Below are positions 47,483 to 61,400 of a DNA stretch of 64,000 nt, piece after piece; within the stretch, counting starts at the first letter, position 1; each line of letters starts with the position of its first letter. Origin of the DNA: Bugula neritina (lineage: Eukaryota > Animalia > Bryozoa); NCBI GenBank assembly GCA_964035545.1, contig OZ037769.1:10694633-10758632 (forward strand). The letters are read 5' to 3'. A model generated the notes under the pieces. It did no database searches. It was not told the DNA's origin and saw only the letters and a list, made by a program, of their open reading frames with translations. A program made the position numbers and the translations under genes.

Positions 47483-49256
47483 ACTTTACACTTTTTTCAA
47501 ATCTTCATGTGATTGACATGTAGGCCAACAACTTACAATCAAAAATTATGTTTTGTTTGCTATTTTGCAAATAGAATAAAAATAGAGATTGTTAGTATTA
47601 TACATACAGGTATCAAACTTTATCTACAGCTAGTAACGTCTTTTATATGTTATGCTGCATGCTATATAAGATAATTATAAATAATTTCTAATAAAAGTTT
47701 TCTGAAAGTCAGTCCTCATGAAATTTAATCTTCTTAGTGCTAGGTTTATTCACCTTAACCTGTTATCAATACATTATTATGATTTGCTGATCGTGCACAG
47801 CGCATTGATAGGGCACATTAGCAAAACTACATAATTTAAATGAGCACATCTTTTATATAAAACCATTTAGTGAATCTTAAATTTTTTTGCCCTTTTATAA
47901 AGAAAACCTAAAGACCAAGCAATGCTTTTGACTTCCTGCTTTACAGATTTCTTCATCTATTTCAATACAAGTTTTAGTCCAAACTCTAAATACTCCATAC
48001 TATGTGCAATGGAGAACATTATCTAATGTGTTTATATCTTGGACTGTGGATTGTTACAAATTTTTAGATGACCCAACTACTTGTTGTACAAACTTTATTT
48101 AGTTTATATTCACAGACACTGAAAAAGCTATGAATAAACAGCTATTCATATTTTATGGGAAAATGTTTTATATGAAATATTCTACAATTAAATTATGATA
48201 AAAGGCAGTTTATGAGTGTATTGTTTGAATGTAAAATAAAAACTAATTTATTATTTAACTTTGATGATGTGCAGTTTTTCTTGTTTGTCACTATAACTGT
48301 AAAAAAACATATTATTTTTTCACAGTTATTCAATATTATGAAGTGGAATATTATCAGTATAACTGAGGGATCAGCTCAATTTTGCTATAAAAACTATCAG
48401 CTGAAGAACTATACTGTTAGAAAAATTTAATTTGTAAAAAAGTGTAGCACATGCATAATTTCTTAGTATATTAGAATATAGTACTTATTGTGTACTATAT
48501 ACGATAATAAACAATAGTATACTACAGGATTTTAGTATAATAAATAATATACTACGATATTATAGTACATTATGGTATATTGCAATATATCTTAACACAT
48601 TTTAACTGCATTTAAATGTAACAATAAGTGGTCCTCTATAATATAATATTTTGCATGTTTAAAGAAAAGTCACCCCATGAAGTGATATTAGTATGTGCAA
48701 ACAAGTAAATGTTTGTGACTCATGTATGAAATATATTCTTCCAATTATTTTATACAAGTATTATTAGTAAATAATGATTTAATAATTGTACTTTATTTAT
48801 AGTAAATATTTTCACCTGATCTATTTATCTTTCACCTTGTCCAGCTGCTATCCTCTGCACTATATACTCTGGCATACGGCTGTCCAACAGATAGCCCCCC
48901 CCCCCCCCCCCGGAGCCATTCTCGCCTCCCCCTACCTACATTTATGGCATGAGGCATTAAGGCATAACAAATAAAATTACTCTGCATACATATATGAATT
49001 AGAGTGGAAAAACCACCTTTTTATTGCCTCATTTATATACATGCTAACAACATGCAGCCCATTATTGGGACTTCATTGTGTAATGATTTTTGGGAATTTG
49101 GAATAAAGTAATTTGGAAATTACTGATGCACACTCTTGTTTTGGCATAAGAATTATTATACTATAAAGTATAAAGGTTTCATACTATAGGAGTTGTGTGC
49201 TCTCTACTTGCTGTAACTTAGTAGGTCACTATTGACAGTCTTAGCGGGTACAAGGG

Positions 49257-49264
49257 TATATAAA
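49257..49264 (+). promoter_or_regulatory. Candidate TATA box for the vWA-Ig gene
   Basis: TATATAAA in a locally GC-richer context (GGGTATATAAATACTGGGGC), about 215 nt upstream of the signal-peptide ATG. Confidence 0.45.
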
Positions 49265-49380
49265 TACTGGGGCTGCTGCTACCTTCACAGACACATGTGA
49301 GTGCAACAGATGAGAGAAAAGTGTCTGCTCAGGTTCTTGAATAGTTAAATGTGGTTTTAGATAGCAGCTAATTGTAACAT

Positions 49381-49450
49381 ATAGAGACAGATAGAGGCAG
49401 ATAGAGACAGATAGAGACAGATAGAGACAGATAGAGACAGATAGAGGCAG
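49381..49450. repeat. 10-bp repeat ATAGAGRCAG x7 in the predicted 5' UTR of the vWA-Ig gene
   Basis: Seven exact-period units ending 25 nt before the ATG. Confidence 0.92.
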
Positions 49451-49474
49451 ATAAAGATACTAGATACTAGTAGG

Positions 49475-52400
49475 ATGAAGGGCCTAGCTCACCAAATCAT
49501 CCTAAATATTGGATTTATAACGTTGATGCTGCCACACTCGATGGGAGCTGTCCGTGAGTATATTTATATGTAATAATTTAATCGACATATTCGATATACA
49601 ACAAGTAATATCTCTACTATAATTGAAATTCTAAAATGGACTCAGCCTTAATTTGGAAAAAGTTTTACTCAGCACAAATTCTCATTTGATATTTTGCACA
49701 AGTTACTGTAGATGTTAGAAGATACAACAATATAGTATTAGACTGTATTATACTGCATAAGTAAGGCAGTCATGTTGTACCACCCTGTCAGTACGTAAAG
49801 GGATTAAATTAAATAGCACCAGCTATTACTTTTAGAATAACCTTCGACTAACTTAGCAGACTGTCTAGTTTAAAAAGAAATAATAATATATTACTAAAAT
49901 ATAAATACAAATTATTAGTACTATAATATAGTAGTAATTTTTTCCTAATATTATCAATTCATTATTTTAAAATACACATTATTCTCTAAATGGTTTTTTT
50001 TTCAAATATCATAGAGGGGTAATTTTTATATGAGCTGAGAATGCTCGTCAAGTTTGTGATTTGTATTTGTCTTGTCATATCAAACATTCCTTGCAGGTTA
50101 AATAGGAAAAGCTTAGCAGTTGGTGCATAGATATGCCCTATTTTCCATTGAGATAATTATTCAGCAGTTGTTTGCAAGCATCATGATAAGATTTTTGTGG
50201 TTTACTAGTGTTATGTTACTGCAGGCTTATTAAGCAAACTAAATCTCTGAAAATTTGATTGACATTGCCACATGCTCATCTCTGCAACAGACAATGATTA
50301 AAGGAAAGAATAATTTTAATTGGTTAGAGAAGAGAATGATACACCTGTTTTAATTATTGCAATTAGTATTGAAGAAGTTATGAGGAGTGTGCTTAGTTGG
50401 CACTTCCCCCCCCCCCCTTCTTATATCATTGGATCTGCAGCATAATGGAGAATGTAAAAAGTAAACTTGGATTTAATTTATGTAAACTCTAAAATTACTT
50501 ATATTTAAGTTAGAAAACCCGAAATTATTAAACAATAAACCACAATCATTATTTTGCTTTAAAGACTGAAACTCCATGGATGAGAATCACCCTAGTAACC
50601 CCCTCTCAGGTTTTTATCTAATTAGATCCACTCTTGGAATGTTTGCTGAAGATTTTTCTTCAAACCTTTGCTTTAGCATTTCTAATCTAATTGAAGGACC
50701 ATGACTGACTTTCATAATCTTCCCAGATAAAATATAATGCAGACAGTAAAGTTAACTCATTTAAAATTATACAAATAACTGAAAAATCTTATCTCAGCAA
50801 GATTAGATACAACTTTAAATAGGTTAACAATGTAAACATCACTAATTATTCTCTGTTTATACACACTAATGGGAGAGTTGAGTTTCTACATGATGCAAGA
50901 ATACATTTGATAGATAAAGCATCATTTACCATGTGGGACTTAATCAGAGCTCTCATTAACATTTTTACAGAATCTAGCTCTAAAGCCTGCCACCATTATT
51001 ATATGTGCATCAATTGGATGTAATAAATTAATAAAAGACCAAGAATAACTTTTCCAGTGCCAGTATTATAAGTTCAAGTAAATTGTTTCGCAAGCCAAAT
51101 GCAGTTTAATAATGTAATGTGCATAAAAATACTATTTTAATAATACATAATTACAACAGCATGCATGATATTATATGCCTAATTACACCTATATTTCTAT
51201 TGTTGTATTATTCTATGGCAATTATATTTACAGAGCTGATAAAAATAGAACCTTAATGCAATATGGATGATATACCAATCGAGTTTTTACAAACCAGTCG
51301 GAAACATGAATTGAAATTGAAATTAATGTAGTTTTGAATATAAAATGCCTGTTTGCCGAATACCTTGATTATAATGAGCACTGTTTGGCAGGATAGGTTT
51401 ATTACAAGTTTATCAAAACGCAAACACACTTTAAATTTAGTTACACAAAGTGAGTTACAATATAACCTTCAATGATATAGCATACATAAACATAAGCATT
51501 GTTGAAAACTAAACCCCAGTTTGAAAATATCTTGAATTAAGTAATTTTTTTTAAAGTTTAGCATAAACTCTGTGAATTTTCTACTAGATGAGTCAATGAT
51601 TGCAGACTGCTGAACAAGGAGATGGTACAATTTTATACCAAAGTATTATATTTTACAATTCATCCGTAATGAATTTTTTTTATAGCTAATGAGTAGTTAT
51701 TTTAATAAAGCTGTTCATTGATCATGTTCGGAAGAACACGTGCTGTTGTAGAGCGTCACTTCCATAGCTCTTAGATGCAATGCTCCCTTCGTATCTCACT
51801 AAACTGTGGATCTCGAAATCTCAATTCGTAACAGTAGAATTCCAGATTACAGAATACCGTTAAATTTGGTCATTTTGTCCCTATACACAAATACATAAGC
51901 CACAAAATGAGGGTCCAAGCTCAATTATCTTCATCCGGTACCTATGCAATTTCGTGAGAAATGGATTCATGAGATAGGGAGGGAGCACTGTATTTGATTT
52001 GGCATTGAAAACATGTGTTCCTTGGGGTTATTTTTCGGCAATTCTCTCATTTAGCTTGTGTGCAGTAAGGCAGGAGTTATAATTCTTGTATTATGAGCAA
52101 AGATTATACACTCTTTACCCTTGTATAGTCAACAAATCATTATTTATAACATCATGTGTTAAACAGTTTGTGGTATCGGTGTCTTGCAAGTAGAGAGTTT
52201 GCCTTACTGTTTGATATTTGGTCTGTACCGACTAGAGATTTGTGTAAATAATGTTAAAACTAGAGCCAATAACGTCTAAATCTCATCAGTAAACACAAAG
52301 CATCAGTAACACTATGCTAAGATACTACAAGCTCTCATTTCAGGGCTTCATCAAGAGGCTTTGCTTAGAAAGTGAACCCAACATTCCATTTATTCAAATT

Positions 52401-55400
52401 AACTTTTTGTTCAATAGTAACTCTTCATAGAACAAAGTACACCGTTTCCTATCTTAGGGATCTTTGGTTTTTAGATTTAGATAATATTTGTTTTTAAAAG
52501 GTGAAGTAATTTATTTTATTTGCGAGTATTTGGTGATACCAAGACATAGTGTGTAGCAGACTGTATAGCATATGCCATGTCCTTCAACTCTTATCTACAA
52601 ACTCTTTTCATACATTTGATGCCAATACAGCATACCACATGGGTAGTGTCATATTATTATTTAATGTGCTCTGTATTGTATAATATTACATTATGCCCTA
52701 AATATTGTATGGTATTATACTTTATTTTAATATACTGCATTTATTAATCCTATGCTATACATACTATACCAATGTTATAGACTATTATGAACAGCAAATT
52801 ATATTTTATATAATTAAAACAATGATTATATACTGTAAATAAATTGAGTTGCTTTCACCTACTTAATTTCTGATATAGTACTTCACCCATTGTTTTGTGA
52901 GAATTCACTGTATAATTCATATAATAATTATAAAACTCTACAGAGAGTTAAAATATATTATTTAAATTATAAATATTGTCCCGAATGACTGTAAGTGTGG
53001 TGTTGAGATAAGAGAAGACAACTTTACTAGTTACAAAAACTACTTGACATTTCTGACTTCACAGTATTGGAAATATTAGTTAGCTGGGGTAAAACTAATG
53101 CCAAACCTATAGCAGAGACTATTCCTGCAAAGATATAGTGATAAAAAGTTATCTAACTACCATAACATAGTCATAAAATTTTTCTTTCATCTTGTGCTTT
53201 GTTTATGCTATCCGTAGAAAGTTTAAGTGCTTTTTCCTAGTGCAAAAATCTGCATATTAGAAAAATAAATTCTATGATGTAGGGACATATAAATGCATTT
53301 TTTATAATCTAAGTTGTAAGATATACTTTATGGAACATTTACAGTTACATTATTTTGCTAAATAAAGTTGGTTGTAATTAATAAAGCAAGAGCTAACAAG
53401 GATAACAAAAAGTCACTTCTAATGTTATGCACAGGCTGCAATAACATATAATTAAGATTTTGGATTTCTTGTAAGTATGTATGTATTTTGGTTAAAAAAA
53501 ATTTGCAGTACAATACGATGCTTTATAGAAAGGCTTGCATGCTACAAACCTACCGAAAAACCTGAAATTCTGAGTTAAATCAACTTATTTATTACTATTA
53601 TATACAGTTCATTTTAAATTAGGAAATTTTACTACATATCTATATTCTATGTATAACAATTACATGTGTGTACTGGGTATGCTAGATGCAGCTACATAAA
53701 CGTAATAAAAATAGTATATAAAATTGGGCCAGGCTAAATTCCATAAAAGAATTTCCTTCTAAGTAATTATAGGCCTGAAGTGTAACAGACAGATACAATA
53801 AGTAGACAGTACTGCATACTTCCACCCGCAGCTGCTGATGTAACAGGTAACTCTTTGTTACATCAAAGAGCTGTCAATGTTCATTAACCTACTGAGAGAC
53901 CGTGATTATGTCATAATGTTTAGCATACGCTAATTTAGGTCATCTTTGCAGGTAGTTTTAATGCCAGAATTTAGCTTTGCAAAACTGTAAGATATCTTAA
54001 TTTTTTATGAAAAACAGTACAACTTGCAGATAATGAGTTGGACTCCTGTATTATACGTGTGAACATAATATCTGTGTGATTGTAATATGATATGTTAATC
54101 ACAATGCTGAATGGTCCTTAGTATAAATATGCAGGGAAACAGGTAGTGCTTGTTATAAATAGTTAGTTCAGTTTGCACAAATTACAAAATATAAACTATG
54201 ATGTTTCATTGAATTGGTACAGATTCGTCACAGTACAGTAAAAATTTACTGGCTTGTAATGGTTTTATTGCTTGTTTCAATTCAAGTAGGAACAAAATGG
54301 TGATTATCAGTTTAGACAGAACACAGGATAGAAATGTGTAGTTGTTGGTAGACTACATAATTACAACTAAAATCATGCTCAATAAATATGCCCCATTGCA
54401 ACTTATTGTAAAAATAAGAAATGCACAGAATATAGTTGATATGTGTTATATGGTTAGTTGAACAATAAAAATTATGCTATGAAAGATAAAAATAATTAAC
54501 TTGAACAAATTATGCTTAACAATTTTTAATATTAGCACACTATTATAATAATGTTATGCAGTGTTATATACTAGCTATGCAGTTAGTGTTATATACTAAA
54601 AGCTAGAGGTAGGCTTTCACTCCCTGTGAAGATCTACTGAAACTGATATTAGCTGAAAGACTCCAAAAGTAGTGATCACTGTCTATAATATATTACACTA
54701 AGTGATGCTCAACAGTATTTTCATTTGTCAACTTAATGTCAATTAGTCACTGTTTACAAAACTGTGCAGTCACTTTCCTCTTATTCTATAACTACGGAAA
54801 GTCTTTTGGGCAATAAATTTATTAAAGTCTAGCCAACATAAATTAACTACGAGAAATAATAGGAGTGAGGCGCCAACACTTGCGGTTGAAGTGGTGGTAG
54901 AGTTGAGTAAAACATTGACAGCTACATGAGCTTTACATGGCAAAGTTCCACTGTATGAAGTTCTACTGTATCTAGATTATGTTTGTTATGCATGGATTAG
55001 GTAATGCTATACCTGATGAAAGCTGGTTCTCTTAAGAAGTATCGTTGTAACATGTTTTTCAAACAAGTCAAGTCTTGTTAACTAAAAGTTATGCAAATAG
55101 TGTTTTTTATTATTGTAAGTAGGATCACACCACTCGAGGGTTGTCTACAGAGGTCACGTTGCAAGCCTTCCTGCCGCTGCTGCTACTGCTCCTGTAACAT
55201 TTCATGTTAGGTTTTTGCTGACTATTAAAAATAAACATTACAACTCTGTTCCTTAGATTTCTAGCTAACAATTGCAGTATAAGAAGTTGTCTTCTCATAA
55301 TGATATTTTTTAACGTTCAATGTTGGCAAGGATATATCATGAGGGTTCTAATCAAGCTTATTAAATTAAAACTTGCACTTACATGGCACTTGGTCAGGTT

Positions 55401-58400
55401 GTAAAATTTAGTAATATGTGTAAATGCAGGCACAGAGTTTGAGTGATAGATTTTTGAAAATATTACAAGATCTTCACTATATAATAACTGACTGACACTG
55501 ATTACATAGAGATGTATATAGCGTTATTATAAGATGTATATTATCATGTTATTAGAAGATGTAGACCTCACTTGAATAATCTATGATAATGCGTTGGGTT
55601 TTTTCACCTGCATTCTATGTACATAATAATTATGTTGACTAATTCTTATGTAGTTGGTAAATGTTGACCAACAACATTAAAATCAAAGTACATTCACAAC
55701 CCTTTAACTCAACCACTGCCTACTCTATTATACTCGATAAAACTCCAACCGGGACGGTGACTAATCATCTTCCAATTTATTTTGTAGCTTGTCCAAATTC
55801 TGAACAGCAAGACATAGTCGTGGTCCTAGATTCTTCAACTTCTATAACCCGACCTGACTTTAGTAAGCAGCTAGCATTCGTCAATGCTATTATTGAAAAG
55901 GTTGGAATTGGGCCAGATGCTAATCAAGTTGGAATTGTCAGTTTCTCTGATAACTACAGACTCAACTTCCATCTCAATGCTAACAGGTAACCATAGCAAC
56001 AGCATATGTAAGTAACCATAGCAACAGCATATGCAAGTAACCATAGCAACAGTAACATAGAAGTTTCAATAGCCTAAGTTCTTTGATTTTTTACATAATT
56101 TTTTATTTAGTGTATAGGTTTCAATTTTCATGAGAACATAACTTCTTTTGCTATACTTTTATCTAGAATGCAGGCTTTTTATTGATGTCATCATACCTGC
56201 GCCTATATCTCAGCTAGACAACATAATGTATAACCGTGTGCAATATACATGTTAGAATGAGTTGTGTTTCACCTAATTGATATTATAATAAATAATTTTA
56301 TTTGATTATCTTGTTATAAAACCCAGTTTGTGTAATATTGTAGCTGGAGTTTCACAAAATGTAATTTAGCTTCACATGCAAGCAATATGCTATGTGTACA
56401 CTCAATTATACACTTCATACTGCTTTACAAAGTCATTTTGGTTTGAATTATTTATTCCTTTAGTCGATATTTTCGAGGAAACAATGTTGGAATGAGAGTG
56501 TAAGCTACCCACCCCCAGTGTGTCCCTCTAAGTTTCACACATTTTAGTTGTAGACTGTGTATGTCTGCTTTAAAATTTCTTGAAAATTTCCTGCCACTTC
56601 ATATTTCTATGGTATTTACTATAATTATAGAGTTTGGCATGGTTGATTGTGAATGTCCAACTATAACTTACACTAATTTATTTCTACTTTAATAATTTTT
56701 ATGCCTTAACTACTATCTTGTAGTTTTTGTTTTTAGAAAATTAAAAGGTTTGGAATAAATTATTTGATATGCATATAATGTATTTATAACCATATCATTT
56801 AATTATTATTGAATTATACCCTTCCAGAAAGCAAACATAATATTGTCATAACTTGCTATACCACATTCACTATTGTTTTAAAGTAGATGTAGCATTATTT
56901 GAACCTACTTTAGCATTCACATTAATAGTCTATATTGCTAAGTTGGAAAAGTTTGAAAAGTAAATTGCCCAAGTCCACTTGTTAAGCACAATACGTCTAT
57001 TATTGCCATAGCAACATATGACAAACATGTAATCTTGACTGTACATTTTTCACACTTTTGCTATGCCAGATAGATGTGTGGTATTTGCAGACTTCGAAAG
57101 CTGCCTCCAGGAACGACGTAAGCAGCACAAAGTTGCAACCAGTCACCTTATCACTTCTTAAATCTATTGCAGCTAATTCTTTCATTACAATCTATGATTC
57201 TGTGATTTGATTTTGATTTGTCAATTCTTAATTTTATTGTAATATTTTAATGAAATCAATATCTTACAAAAAAAGAAGACTGTAAGCCAGATAAGCTGTA
57301 ATATATTGCATTCAGAATAGCACACACACTATTAAAAGTCATCTTTAAAGTTTGATGCCTTCACTGTGGCTGCATAGTAGTTATAGTGACTGTAGCTGTT
57401 GTAGTAGGTGCAGTTGTAATTGTAGTGCCTGTAGTGCCTGTAGCGGCTGTAGTGGATAACAAGCAAAATTAGCACAGTTGGCCATAGAATCTTCAACTGC
57501 AATTATAAAATAATTAAATAAATCTACTAACTTTTAGTTTTGCTTTTCCAGTTATAACTTATATAGTAGTTTAAATCTGTTTAGATTTGCTTGCAAGTTT
57601 TACTAAAAATATAGCCTAAGATTGTTACATGCCAGCACTCTTTATCGGTTGACATAGATGTTAATAAATATTCAGCTATTATTTTGCAGCAAATTCTTTA
57701 TCAATTTAACTGTTAAGGAATACAACTATAGTAAGTAAAGTTTGAGATACAGGTTCATGGCTTTTTGACAAGACTATCCATTTCTGAATATGAAGCCTAT
57801 TGTATATAAGCATCAGACCATCACAGTTTTGATTAGATATCAAAAACATGATGTATTGTTTACACAGATATCTGCAGACGCTCTCGATGCCTTACTTGCT
57901 AAAACCTCTGCTATTTGTAATTTTAGAGCGTACACTTCAGCGTAAGAACTTTCTCCCAATTAACGCTATTTTCATCTTTGAACATGACGCTTATATTAAT
58001 TTTTGTTTTCCCCTCTGATTATTGAAATACTTGTTTGGTAATACAACTTCTGTATAACTGTTTTTTGCCTTCAATATTAGATTCCCTTGTACCCATAAGC
58101 TGTTACTGAAAACAGAAGTTTGCAAAATTTGCTGCCTATGCATTTATGTAGCTGTTAGAAGCATGCTTTACCTGGCATTAGTAATCCTAAAAAAAAATTA
58201 AATTAAAATAAGAGCAGAGCAATTTGTTTAAAATTTAAGGATGAACTATTTGTGAATTAAAGCTGAAATAGAATTTCAAGTTGAAACAAAAATTGCGTAA
58301 AGACACAGATATGCAGCTAAACTAAAAGAAATAGCAAAAATAAAAATCCGAATGTTTGAAACCGTTTTGGGTTTATGAAACTAAGACCATCTAGTTCTTG

Positions 58401-61400
58401 CTACTTCTACTATAAGCTGTTTTGCTAAACTTATAGCTACTAATACACTCTGGTTCTACTAAAACTTTATATAAAACTCTATTTTGCTGATATATAGCAA
58501 AACCTAACTTTTCAACATAACTTTCATAACTACCATAAATCTAGGTTTAGTATCGTTAGGATTTCCTGATGAAACTAAAACTATAGAGGAGCTTGATGTA
58601 TATTCTTTGAATATGAGTGACCATGTGACTCCCTATTTGGTAGGTGAACATTTCTTATCAATTTTTTAGTGAGAAAAAGCAGCTTCAGGGCCAAGTATCT
58701 GCTATCAGGCAGATGGGAGGAGGTACCAACACCCACAAGCCACTAGAGTTTGCTCAGCGAAGCATGTTCACTAGTCAGAGAGGAGATAGACCAGACAAGC
58801 GGAACGTCTGTATTGTTATAACTGATGGCAAGTCTTATGACCCTGCTAGAACTGCTTCAGCGGCAAAAGCTGTAAGTCCTTGTAAACAAATAAAAACACA
58901 GCAACTTGGTAGAGCATTGGTACAACAGCAAGTCGCTAGCTATCTTTATACAGCATACGGTCTAAGAAACTCAATTCTGTGACTTTAAGCAAAACTACAG
59001 AATGTTTAACATTCATTGTTTGTAGCTGGCTGATTCTGGAGTGGAGATGTTTGCTCTGGGAGTTGGTCCAGGTGCCGACAAAACAGAACTTCTGAGCATA
59101 GCTGGAGATGAGGAGAGAGTGTTTCAGGCCACCAGTTACGATGAGCTAAATGATATTTCAGATGTCTTTGCTGTTCGGGTACTGGATGCCTGCCCGATAG
59201 GTCAGTTAAGAACCACCCATTGGTGAACTCTGGTTACATAGTAGGCGCAGCCAGTGATGTTAGTATGTGGTAAGAGTGGTGAGACATTTAACTATATGCT
59301 ACATGCACTCATGGTTACCGCATAAAGTGATCACTTTTAGGACGATTCCATTTTTTCTACACAGTACAATTTGTTGTACTGTATGAAATATATAGTATGA
59401 ATTTGAATAAAAAAATGTTATGTGTACTTGTGTTGAAACACTCATATTGTACAATGACTATTTGTAGAGCCGAGCACAACTACAGCCATGCCTCCACTTC
59501 CTTTTCCTGTTATTACCGGAATGCCATCAGACCCAGTTGAAGACGGAACAGAGATCTCATTGCGGTGCAGTGCTGAGACCACGGATCCTGATGCGAAACT
59601 GTTTTGGTACCGAAAAGGAAACAAAATGCCTCAGACCAGCTACAACATTGAGGTGAGCATAACCTATTTATCTTAACTTATTTATCTATAACCTAGTGTA
59701 TGTTATTGCTGTAAGTGACATAGTGTAACTGTAATACAGCTACTTACTGTAGTGCAACTGTAAGTCACATACCATACTGTAGTGCAACTGTAAGTCACAT
59801 AGTGCAACTGTAGTGCAACTGTAAGTCACATAGTGCAACTGTACGTTAGGTACGTCAATGTAGTGTAAAAGTAAGTCAGTTACTTCCTAGAATGTGTTAC
59901 TCTCCACATTCATGCTGTACATACTGCAAGATTACATGTCATATAGAAACTAGTAAAGTTTATGTATAAATCAGGGCAACTACCTGGTAAGCTATTACAC
60001 CCTCACTGCTGAGCTAGAGGAGCATGGCGAGCAGATAGTCTGCTCTCTGGAGCACAGTGACCTGACGGAGGGTAGAGAGGACAATGTAATACTTCAAGGT
60101 GAGACATTATGTTATCAGCTACCAAACAAATGCTTGCTGCAAAATCTTTAAAGCTAAATATCTAGTTTCAAACGCTTTATGACTCGCGTCCCCTAAACTG
60201 TGCTAATAGTTGATGGAATTATTTCTATTATAACTTATTTACTCACCTATAATTTTTAATATATACAAATAGTCTAGCTTTAGGCTGCAAATAAATTAAC
60301 CAACAAGGTAGATGAATAAACAGCAGTTTAGCTTTACGAATGACAGTTATAAAAGTGTAGATATGTAATTACTATATAAACAAGTATTAAAGTTTTGTGT
60401 ATCAATATTGAATATTATAGTTTAGCTGGTATATAACTAGTAATGCAAGCTGCAAAGTTTTAGTATTAATATATTGAAACTACCTGTCTAGAAAGGGTCT
60501 TATTCTTACCACTGACAAAACTGCTTAAGAAGAGCAACTTGTGTAAATAGCATTTATTAAATGAAACCTTCCAGTGTTATAATGAGGCTCTTACATCAAA
60601 GGAAATCTGGTATGCAAAGGCTGCTTGTGTCACTATTTTCTTGGCTGACATAAAACTATAAAAGGAAAAATTCAGACCTTCTCAGCGCTAATTACCATGA
60701 GAAGTGATTCACAAAGCATTTCACTTTCACTTTTGATGTTTGAGTAGATAGTGTAACACATCAGGCATACCACACTCATGAACTTACTTCAACATTGTTT
60801 ATACTTTGCTGTCCTTTGTAATGAGAGAAAAGGCTATACCACTTTCCTTGTTACATATTAGGTATAATATGTGTTCCTCAACATAACAAACAGCTGGTTC
60901 AAGTGTGGTATGATAATTGTGTAGAATGTTAACTAATAAGGAGTGATGTAATTAAGTTGATTACCTGGAGACTAAATTTCATATCAAGCAGACCAATTGA
61001 TGATTTCTTTCATCATGAAATCTGATATCAATTTAAGTATACTCATTGCAACAGTTGGGCTACAACTCAAGTATTAAGGCCAGTCCACACTGAAACATTT
61101 CAGCGAAAGCACTAGCTGAATCAGAATGAAAAATACATGAACAGCTAGACGAAATATTTCCATACAAATGTTTTCTTGCTAATAAAAATTTTGTGGAATT
61201 AATGATGATTTAAGTAAAGAAAAGAAAAGTTTGCTAAAACATATTAATTTAAGTTTACAGTCTTGTAAATAATCAAGCTTGTTTGCTTGTTCATACATGA
61301 TATATATGGAGTTTTTTTATTTCGAAAAAAAATGCTCAATTGTACGAAATGTACTGTCCCTTTATTGTCATGATTTTTTAAAAGTGCAGTATTTTTTATG

